The notes under the pieces: generated by a model
Database searches by the model: none
Told to the model about the DNA's origin: nothing
What the model saw: the letters and a program-made list of their open reading frames with translations, nothing else
Made by a program: the position numbers and the translations under genes
Assembly: GCA_963662445.1 (NCBI GenBank)
Contig: OY759590.1
Coordinates: 4,232,727 to 4,296,726, forward strand
Length of the DNA: 64,000 bases
Direction of reading: 5' to 3'
DNA from: Desulfarculia bacterium
Lineage (GTDB): Bacteria > Desulfobacterota > Desulfarculia > Adiutricales > JAGVGV01
Part shown: in pieces, positions 54,776 to 62,253 of the stretch
How the letters are laid out: every line of letters starts with the position of its first letter
Position numbering within the stretch: position 1 is the first letter of the stretch

Positions 54776-55296
54776 TTCCCGGCCCCCTTGACATCGATGA
54801 CCAGTTTCCTGAGCCCCCAGGCCGGATCATCCCGGACTAGTTCCAGAGCCTTGGCCAAGCCGTCCTTCTGGGTCAGCGCCTCGTTCAGATCCGTGGAACC
54901 CTGCGTGACGATGAAGGCTACCACGCTCCGTCCAGCAGGTTCGCTGGCTTCAATGGAATAGGCCGCATCAGCGGGCGGTATGTGGACTTCGACATTGTCA
55001 TTGATTGTGTTATTTCTGGACAAATCGTTTGGAAACAGCAAGCTCAGGTTGTCCTCGGGATCGACCTGAACCACCCAGAGCCGGCCGGGTTCGGCCGATA
55101 GTATTCGGAAATTGATCTGCTCGCCCACCTGAATTGTCTCCGGCCCCCAGGCCATAACGCGGAATACGTTGCCGGAGGGTTCCAGGTTATTGAGCGCCGC
55201 CCAGTTTTCTCCCACGTGGACGTATTGCTGTGTGGCACAGCCCACCAGCCCCAATGCCAGAATCAGACCCAGCATGATCGGCATGATCTTTTTCAT
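54772..55296 (-). CDS. DUF4384-like lipoprotein
   Basis: Lipobox LGLVGCATQ. GEQINFRILSAEPGRLWVVQVDPEDNLSLLFPN. Confidence 0.6.
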   Translation of the reverse strand: MKKIMPIMLGLILALGLVGCATQQYVHVGENWAALNNLEPSGNVFRVMAWGPETIQVGEQINFRILSAEPGRLWVVQVDPEDNLSLLFPNDLSRNNTINDNVEVHIPPADAAYSIEASEPAGRSVVAFIVTQGSTDLNEALTQKDGLAKALELVRDDPAWGLRKLVIDVKGAGK

Positions 55297-55311
55297 GGTT
55301 GAGCTCCTTTG

Positions 55312-55989
55312 CTACTCTTCAATGGTAAAGACGAGGCTTCCCGCCCCCATTACTGTTTGGGGCTCGACGGATTCGACCTCGAATTCCTTGGCCGTGCTCC
55401 GGGACATCGTTTTGAGTGCCGCGCCTATGGAGTCGGTGCCTTCCCGGTAGGCGTTGATGTCTTTTTCCGTATGGAAGACCACCACAAGGCTTTCCCCGGC
55501 CGGAGGGTCGGTTCCAAGATAGAAATGGTCGCCGGGCGCTGGAATGTAGACGATGGACCCGCCCCGCACAAAGTTGTTTTGATGCCATTTGTTGGGATAT
55601 AGGACCGTGGCTTCCTTGTCCGATGGACCAACATTGAGGACGTTCACGTAACCGGGCTTGTCCACATAGACGGCAACGGTCAGTTTTTCGCCGATCCGGA
55701 ACCTTTTCTTGTTGGCAGTGACCTCTATTTTATAGTCGGAACGTTCGGCGATAACGGCCAGGTTCTGCCAGATCTCGCCGGGTGCGGCCTGCGGTCTGGC
55801 CGGAGCCGTCGTAACCGCCGGGTGAGGGACTAGTTGCGGAGGTCTGGAGAGTTGTTGCTGAGGAGGTGGCGAAGGCGGCCTCTCCGCCCTATGGCTGTGA
55901 TCCGGACCGGCACAGGCAGCAATCATAAATATCAGCAAGAGAGTTGCAATCAAGCTGATTCGCGGAATCATCATTCTAACTCCTGTCAT
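55312..55989 (-). CDS. DUF4384-like lipoprotein with a Pro/Gln-rich linker
   Basis: Lipobox MIAACAGPD. GEKLTVAVYVDKPGYVNVLNVGPSDKEATVLYPNKW. The true start may be the internal MMIPRISL. Confidence 0.6.
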   Translation of the reverse strand: MTGVRMMIPRISLIATLLLIFMIAACAGPDHSHRAERPPSPPPQQQLSRPPQLVPHPAVTTAPARPQAAPGEIWQNLAVIAERSDYKIEVTANKKRFRIGEKLTVAVYVDKPGYVNVLNVGPSDKEATVLYPNKWHQNNFVRGGSIVYIPAPGDHFYLGTDPPAGESLVVVFHTEKDINAYREGTDSIGAALKTMSRSTAKEFEVESVEPQTVMGAGSLVFTIEE

Positions 55990-57410
55990 GGCTCAATAAC
56001 GGTGATGACTTTTCCGGCCCCGTAAGCTTTAACTTCCTGGGTGGGCTTGGCCGAAAAGCCTCGCTCAACCTGATAGGTAAACATGGACTTGTCGGACAGC
56101 ATCCGAAACAGATCCTCATTCCGACCGTAACCATCAGAGAAGGCATTGATCTTTCGCTCGGAATGAAACACCATGATCATAGTCTGGCGAGCGGCGCCCT
56201 TGGCCCTTAACCGAAAAGCGTCCCCCTCGCTGGGGATGGTCACAGTCTCCCCAGCCTGCACCAAGTTGTCCGGATGGTGTTTGTTTGGGTAAAGCACTAT
56301 GACGTTACCGTCCTCAGGATCAAGATTCAGTACGTTCAGGTAGCCGGTTTTGGGCGCTCGGCAGGTGATTTTCAAAAGATCCCCTACCTTGAAAAGGTCC
56401 TGATTGATAGAAACATCCACCGGATAGCCTGCCTTGTCCGCCATGTCTTCAAGCCTGTTCCAAAGGGTGTCGGCAGTAACGGCGGCAGGAGGGGCGGGTT
56501 CAGGAGTGACCGTCTCCACCGCATCCTTGAAGAGGTTCACCTTGGCCAAACTCTGATTGCCAAAAAGCTGAGGGTGCTGAATCCTGTCCTCCTTATGGAG
56601 TGATTCGGCGATGAACTCTCCGGTTTTCTTTTCCAGATCGGTCATGCACAGCGGCTCATGGGCGTAATGAGCCTTCTTGACGGCATTCAGGATACCTTGT
56701 GAAAAAACGCTCCCCCTCGGGGTTGCGATGGCTTTTTCGTCATCCCTGGCCGCACTCAGCGAAACATAGTTTCCCGAACCCTTGTCAACTTCCTTAGCGA
56801 ATCCATCCTTAGCCGTCCCCTCGGGCATGCCGGGATAGTAAAAAAATTTATAGAACATGCCCGAATTTTCCCCAACCTCCTGCCAAGTCACCCCGCGAAA
56901 TCCTTTGGTCGCCGTCCCGCTGTGGCAGGAATCAATCATGACCAGAACCATCCCGGCCGGAATGGCGGCCAACATCTTTCCGAAATCATCGTCGATCAGC
57001 ACCTTGGACAAGGTCGCGTCATGTGGGGACACGTCGCAGGGCAAAAGGACTTCGTCCTTACCGTCCTCTTCATCTCCGTTCCGATCGGCGATCTGGGAAC
57101 CGTGACCGCTGAAATAGAACAGGACCCGATCCTTCGGCCCTACACCGTCAACCAGAAAGCTACTCATGGCCTGTTTGACAGCGTCACAAGTAGCTGCACT
57201 GTCCTTAAGCCTCATGATCCGTACGAACCCCAGTAGCCGACACACCTCTTCCATGGCCGACAGGTCCTCTTCGATGCCTGGCAAATCCTTGCCCGTCACC
57301 TGATAGTCGCCCACCCCAATGAGCAGGGCCCGATCCTCCGCCCCTGCGGCGGTGGGCCACAGAAGCAAGAGGATACACAGGCAAATCCAGCAGCATTTAC
57401 TGCGCATCAC
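55986..57410 (-). CDS. Exported caspase (C14) domain fused to a C-terminal DUF4384-like domain
   Basis: Signal peptide. RALLIGVGDY, YFSGHGSQ and MIDSCHSG. C-terminal GDLLKITCRAPKTGYLNVLNLDPEDGNVIVLYPN. Confidence 0.8.
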   Translation of the reverse strand: MMRSKCCWICLCILLLLWPTAAGAEDRALLIGVGDYQVTGKDLPGIEEDLSAMEEVCRLLGFVRIMRLKDSAATCDAVKQAMSSFLVDGVGPKDRVLFYFSGHGSQIADRNGDEEDGKDEVLLPCDVSPHDATLSKVLIDDDFGKMLAAIPAGMVLVMIDSCHSGTATKGFRGVTWQEVGENSGMFYKFFYYPGMPEGTAKDGFAKEVDKGSGNYVSLSAARDDEKAIATPRGSVFSQGILNAVKKAHYAHEPLCMTDLEKKTGEFIAESLHKEDRIQHPQLFGNQSLAKVNLFKDAVETVTPEPAPPAAVTADTLWNRLEDMADKAGYPVDVSINQDLFKVGDLLKITCRAPKTGYLNVLNLDPEDGNVIVLYPNKHHPDNLVQAGETVTIPSEGDAFRLRAKGAARQTMIMVFHSERKINAFSDGYGRNEDLFRMLSDKSMFTYQVERGFSAKPTQEVKAYGAGKVITVIEP

Positions 57411-58428
57411 TGCTCTCCCCGTCTTTGATGTTCAGGTGATACACGGCATAGGGACGCATTTTCTGGTCGAACAGGACAATGCCCTTACTGTAGGTTTCCT
57501 TCGGTTCGGGGATGATGAAGCTCTCTTCCGGCAGGTCCTGTTTTTCGCCATACACGGCCACCAGCATATGCCGGCCGCCCGGGTTGGTGACCTTACCCTT
57601 GACCTGGTAGAAACGCTGGCCGTCCACTTCAACCGGCGGTCCGAGCAGGCTGCGTTCTCCGTCCGGTCCCACTAGAAAGAGATACACATAGCCCAGCTTG
57701 TCCGCGCCGAAGGTGATGGTCATAACGTCCCCGATCCGGTACTGGGTCCGGTCCGAGGAAATGAAGGCCGAGGCTTCCAACGGCTGTGAAACTGGGGCGG
57801 GAGAGGGCTCTGGCTCAGGAGAGGGAGCAGCTTCCGGGGCAGGCGCCGGGGCGGGAACGGCCGCAGCAGCAGGGCCGGGAGCCGGAACGGTGCGAGCGTC
57901 CACAATATCCAACTCCACTTCCTGGGAAACCACTTGGCGCTTCTGTTCAATTCCGCTTAAACTCAGAGCTTTAACCTGAGTCTCGACTTCTCCGGCTCCA
58001 GCCATGGCAAAATTACCCGCCATTTTGAACTGATCAATCGAGAACTTCAGCTTCTCTGTGCTGGCTACAACCAGAATTCTTTCCTTACCCGCGTGCTGAT
58101 TGACGAAACGGGCTGTTTCATCTGGCACTGAGTGCTTTTGGCCTGCGTTGTAAAAAGTATCAGGTTGCAGTTTGTTAGGTAGAATTACATGACCGATGCC
58201 AGTATTGGGAGCGATAGTGAATAAATACAGATAGAAATCCTTGGTCCCTTTGACCGAAAAAGTAATCGGTTCACCCACTTCAAACGTCTTCTTGTCAGGC
58301 TGGAAAAACAGCGTAAAATCACCATCGCTCACGCCAGCTTGCTGGATGTCCAGGGCCAAGGTCCCACCGGGAAAGAAAATAAGGACCGCACTGATAACAA
58401 CCATCGTCAAGGCCAGGATCTTTTTCAT
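57397..58428 (-). CDS. Exported protein with two DUF4384-like domains separated by a Pro/Ala-rich linker
   Basis: Start moved to MKKILALTMVV. GEPITFSVKGTKDFYLYLFTIAPNTGIGHVILPN and GDVMTITFGADKLGYVYLFLVGPDGERSLL. Confidence 0.65.
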   Translation of the reverse strand: MKKILALTMVVISAVLIFFPGGTLALDIQQAGVSDGDFTLFFQPDKKTFEVGEPITFSVKGTKDFYLYLFTIAPNTGIGHVILPNKLQPDTFYNAGQKHSVPDETARFVNQHAGKERILVVASTEKLKFSIDQFKMAGNFAMAGAGEVETQVKALSLSGIEQKRQVVSQEVELDIVDARTVPAPGPAAAAVPAPAPAPEAAPSPEPEPSPAPVSQPLEASAFISSDRTQYRIGDVMTITFGADKLGYVYLFLVGPDGERSLLGPPVEVDGQRFYQVKGKVTNPGGRHMLVAVYGEKQDLPEESFIIPEPKETYSKGIVLFDQKMRPYAVYHLNIKDGESSDAQ

Positions 58429-58472
58429 CGCACACCTCCGAAAATCTTTTGTCAATCATCGGCAAAGGGTTT

Positions 58473-58742
58473 TTACGAATCGTGCAGGAATCCTTCCTGC
58501 CCATATTGTTTCAGACGGTCGTTTTTCATTTCGGCCCCGTCTTTGAACATGATTTTCCACTCTCCGTAAGCAATTTCGCTTCGTCTCGCAGCGGTTTTCG
58601 TGTACGAGGGCGCGTTTATTCCAACCTCAACCGCCGGCTTCGAAGGCTGAACCATCGGGTGGTCCATCCGATCCGCAGCCCACAGCGCCCCGGCCCCAAG
58701 CAGAAACGCCGCCATGAAAATCCGGTAAAGTCTGTACAGCAT
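58473..58742 (-). CDS. Small exported hypothetical protein
   Basis: Start moved to MLYRLYRIFMAAFLLGAGALWA (signal-like). Confidence 0.4.
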   Translation of the reverse strand: MLYRLYRIFMAAFLLGAGALWAADRMDHPMVQPSKPAVEVGINAPSYTKTAARRSEIAYGEWKIMFKDGAEMKNDRLKQYGQEGFLHDS

Positions 58743-58952
58743 CCTTCTTCCTCCACAAGTTGCGACTATGTTGATCTTTTCTTCGCCCCTTGTTTTGTTT
58801 GACGGACGCGCCATGAGTCTCAGGCCCGATTTTTTGCGAACCGGACGTTTTTTTTCGGAGCAGGCGGATCCCTCCTCTGGCTTTGAGTGAATTCAAAGGA
58901 TGCCGACCCGCTTGGGAAGTCATATGGGCCTCTTCATTGCCTCGCTTTTCCC

Positions 58953-58994
58953 GTCATTCCCGCGCACGCGGGAAGCCATTCTTCTGAATGGCCG
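58953..58994. repeat. Left half of a REP-like unit that is split by the insertion at 58995-59402
   Basis: gtcattcccgcgcacgcgggaa followed by gccattcttctgaatggccg. The latter 20-mer recurs at 59403-59422. Confidence 0.7.
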
Positions 58995-59402
58995 AGTTTG
59001 TTGACAAAGTGGTTCCCCAGGCCGATGAAGGAGAAGAAGGCTCCGAGAACAACTATACAGGCGGGGTGCTTCGCCCCAGGCTGTCGCCTGGATCAACTCT
59101 GGGGCCTGGCCGCCCCCAGCGCCTCCCGCTGGTCGCTGCCCCCGAGTAAAGATGGAATATAAAGCCGGAGGCGTCAGTCTCCGGAGCCGGGTGCAGGCGA
59201 AAGCCTGCCAGAGCAAGGGGTCGCCCAAGCGGCCGCGTCCCCTTGGAACCCCCGGCCTTTTTTAACCCGTCGAACGGGCATCCGTGCCCTTCGCCGGGGG
59301 GCGAACATCCATGTTCGCCTAAGAAAGGAGAAGCCGGAAAATCTGCGTCTGGGATGCAGGTCAGCTTGATAAAGACAACACAGAGGTTTGTCAACAGTCT
59401 GA
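58995..59402. mobile_element. ~408-bp MITE-like insertion inside a REP-like unit, flanked by a 20-bp direct duplication
   Basis: The 20-mer gccattcttctgaatggccg is present at 58975-58994 and 59403-59422. The inverted motif TGTTGACAAA lies 4-6 nt inside each end. The right half of the REP unit resumes at 59423. Confidence 0.45.
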
Positions 59403-59455
59403 GCCATTCTTCTGAATGGCCGGGCCCGCTGGATTCCTGCTTTCGCAGGAATGAC
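59403..59455. repeat. Right half of the split REP-like unit
   Basis: gccattcttctgaatggccg ggcccgc tggattcctgctttcgcaggaatgac. Confidence 0.7.
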
Positions 59456-59461
59456 GGCATA

Positions 59462-59690
59462 AGGCGACGCTGATAGCCAAAGACAGCATCCCAAACAGCA
59501 TTCAGCAAAACCCGCCCCGTATTCTTTTTTTGCCGCGACCAGGGCTGCGCCCTGGACCCAAATCCGGCCCGGCCTTCGCCTTCGCGGCTGACACCCGCTC
59601 GGCTGCCCGGGCATTAAAACAAAAACTTTGGCTGCGCCATGGGCCGCTTTCAGCGGCGTCCAAAAGGTAAAAAGCTTATAAGATAAAAAG
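59462..59690. repeat. Conserved 3' flank of the caspase-FGE paralogs, copy c
   Basis: ctgatagccaaagacagcatcc...ccagggctgcgccctgg...gggcattaaaaca...ggtaaaaag, ~93% identical to copies a and b. Confidence 0.8.
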
Positions 59691-61862
59691 TTATTTTGTC
59701 CTGGCAAGGCGAAAGCCCAGGTAGCCGAAGCGGTAGCCCGGGTCGAACCCATGACGATTGGCTGACCGGCAGATCCTGGCGTTGTTGCCCCAACTGCCGC
59801 CGCGAAACACCCGGTAGGAGCCCGACGAAGGACCAGCCGGGTCGATCACACTACCCGACGGGTAAACGCCATACCGGTCAATACACCACTCCCAGACGTT
59901 CCCATGCATGTCATATAGTCCCCAGGTGTTGGGCTTCAGGCGGCCCACCGGATGAGTCTTTCTTCCGGAGTTGTCATCATACCAGGCGTAATCCCCCAAG
60001 CGGTTCTCATCGTCCCCGAAGCACCAGAGAGTCGTTGATCCCGCCCGGCAGGCGTATTCCCACTCCGCTTCCGTCGGCAACCGGTATTTGTCCGTCCCTT
60101 CCTTTTGGTTCAGAAGGCGGATGAACTCCTGCGCGTCATTCCAAGAGACATACTCCACCGGCAGGTTCGGATCTCCCTTGAAACGGCTGGGGTTGCGCCC
60201 CATCACCCCCTGCCACTGGCCCTGCGTCACCTCCGTCGTTTGAATATAGAACGGACTCGATAGCGTCACCCGGTGCTGCGTCTCATCATCGTCCCGGCCC
60301 GCTTCACCTGCCGGACTCCCCATCAGGAAACTCCCCCCAGGTATGAGCACGAATTTCTGACCAATGGAGTTCGTGAACGACGGACCTGATGGCCGATTAA
60401 GCCTGGATCGTTCCTCCTCCAACTTCAGACGTTCTTCCTCCAGCTTCCGGCGCTGGGCCGCCAGCGCCGCCTGACGCCGGTCCTCCTCCAGACGGGCCTT
60501 TTCCTCAGCCAGACGACGCCGCTCTTCCTCCAGCCGCTGACGCTCCTGCTCCTCGGACAGACGCTGCCGCTCCTGATCCAGCTTCTGGCGTTCCGCCGAT
60601 ATCTTCGCCTGCTCGGCCTCATACGCCTTCTGCTTCCAGTAAGACTCCCGCGCTCTAGCCTTCTGCCTCAGCGCTTCGTCCTGGTCGCTGAACTCGTTGT
60701 CCGAAGCATACGAAGACAGAAACGACGCCCACCCAGACTCCTTTTCCGCCTCGCTCAAAAGAGACTGCTTCTCATAACCCTCCAGCTTCCTGAACTCCGA
60801 CTCCATCCGTGACTGCCACGCCGCCCACTCCGACCGCGACTGCTCACGCTGCTTGACCAACTGCGCCAGGTCAGCCGAAACGCTCGACGGCGCCGGGGCG
60901 GAGGGCGAAACAGGGGCTGCCGGCAAAGGGGACGAAGAAGTCTGCGGCGTGGAAGAAGCGGTTTCCGATGCGCCGGCGCCCGACGCAAAATAGAAATCGC
61001 CCATCAGTGAAGAGGCCTGCCAGGGGATCTGCCGGCCGCTTGATTCCTCCACCACCTTGCGGCGGACGGATTTGAGCACGTCCTCGATCTTCAGGCCGGG
61101 TTGCGTCATGTATTGCAGCAGCGCGCCGGTGAATATGCCGTTCCGGCCGCCGCCGTCGGCCGCCGTGGCTCCGGGAGACGTGGCAAAGGCCAGGAAGGAC
61201 CCCACGGGCGCGTCCATGCGGGCCAGGCCTTGCCCGGCATTGCGGAAACTGCGGGCAAAAGGATTGTCCCGGCAGGCGTCCAGGATGACAATGTTGGTCC
61301 TGTTCTGCGCCTCCTCCATCCGCCCCAGCAGGCGTCCCACAGGCACGGCCTCGTATTCCACGTCCCGCTCCACCGTCATCGTGGACCCGACAGGCACCAG
61401 ATAATTTTCGCCGCCCACCTGCATGCCATGCCCGGCGTAGTAGAACAGGCCGACATCGGCCTGTCCCAATTCCCGGTAAAAGAGGTCCATGGCCTCCATC
61501 ATGGTCCGCCTGTCCGCATTGAACCGGATGATGACCTGAAAACCCAGCCTGCCTAGGGCATTGCTCATGTCCGTCGCGTCGTTGACCGGGTTCAGCAGCC
61601 GCCCGGACCGGTATTCTCCGTTGCCTATGACCAGGGCCACCCGCCGACCAGTCCCGGACGAATCCCTTACCACGGCCCGGCTGGCCTGGCCGTCGTTGTT
61701 CGCTCCCTCAAGTCCTGTCCCGCCCGTGCGCATCTGCTGCCCGACCGGCACGCAGGCGAATAATGAAAGAACGGCGACGGCGAGGATGATAACGGCCCAG
61801 TGCCTGATCAGGGGCGAGGCCTGGTAATAGAAGCCTGGTGCGGTATTGAATACTCTACCCAT
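59691..61862 (-). CDS. Lipoprotein: caspase (C14) domain, coiled coil, FGE/SUMF1-like domain (paralog of 49785-51965)
   Basis: Lipobox LFACVP. VALVIGNGEY, YYAGHGMQV and ILDACRDNPF. The central ~190 aa are ~97% identical to the paralog. HRVTLSSPFYIQTTEVT, HGNVWEWC and RGGSW. Confidence 0.85.
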   Translation of the reverse strand: MGRVFNTAPGFYYQASPLIRHWAVIILAVAVLSLFACVPVGQQMRTGGTGLEGANNDGQASRAVVRDSSGTGRRVALVIGNGEYRSGRLLNPVNDATDMSNALGRLGFQVIIRFNADRRTMMEAMDLFYRELGQADVGLFYYAGHGMQVGGENYLVPVGSTMTVERDVEYEAVPVGRLLGRMEEAQNRTNIVILDACRDNPFARSFRNAGQGLARMDAPVGSFLAFATSPGATAADGGGRNGIFTGALLQYMTQPGLKIEDVLKSVRRKVVEESSGRQIPWQASSLMGDFYFASGAGASETASSTPQTSSSPLPAAPVSPSAPAPSSVSADLAQLVKQREQSRSEWAAWQSRMESEFRKLEGYEKQSLLSEAEKESGWASFLSSYASDNEFSDQDEALRQKARARESYWKQKAYEAEQAKISAERQKLDQERQRLSEEQERQRLEEERRRLAEEKARLEEDRRQAALAAQRRKLEEERLKLEEERSRLNRPSGPSFTNSIGQKFVLIPGGSFLMGSPAGEAGRDDDETQHRVTLSSPFYIQTTEVTQGQWQGVMGRNPSRFKGDPNLPVEYVSWNDAQEFIRLLNQKEGTDKYRLPTEAEWEYACRAGSTTLWCFGDDENRLGDYAWYDDNSGRKTHPVGRLKPNTWGLYDMHGNVWEWCIDRYGVYPSGSVIDPAGPSSGSYRVFRGGSWGNNARICRSANRHGFDPGYRFGYLGFRLARTK

Positions 61863-61941
61863 ATTACCCTTCTGTACTTTCCATGAGTCTGGCCGCTTAA
61901 CGTTTCGACCGGGCGGTTAGCTTGCAGTTCCTTATTCCCCT

Positions 61942-62253
61942 TCATCCCCGCAAACGCGGGAAGCCGTTCTTCTTCGGTGCCAGGCATGCTTGAATTCCTG
62001 CTTGCGCAGGAATGACGGAAACGACCATGCTGATAGCCAAAGACAGCATCCAAAACAGCATTCAGCAAAACCCGCCCCGGATTCTTTTTTTTGCCGCGAC
62101 CAGGGCTGCGCCCTGGACCCTAATCCGGCCCGGCCTTCGCCTTCGCGGCTGACGCCCGCTCGGCTGCCCGGGCATTAAAACAACAGAACTTCGGCTGCGC
62201 CATGGGCCGCTTTCAGCGGCGTCCAAAAGGTAAAAAGGTTATAAGACAAAAGG
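61942..62253. repeat. Conserved 3' flank, copy b (begins with a REP-like unit at 61942-62016)
   Basis: Near-identical to 49472-49784. Confidence 0.85.

Noticed and set aside
44505-62020. Possible CRISPR array, because of recurring palindromic ~25-30-bp sequences (gtcattcccgcgcacgcgggaat...)
   Set aside because: The copies are dispersed over 17 kb in separate intergenic regions, are paired with a second, different hairpin, lack regular spacer lengths, and have no cas genes nearby. They are REP-like elements, not CRISPR.
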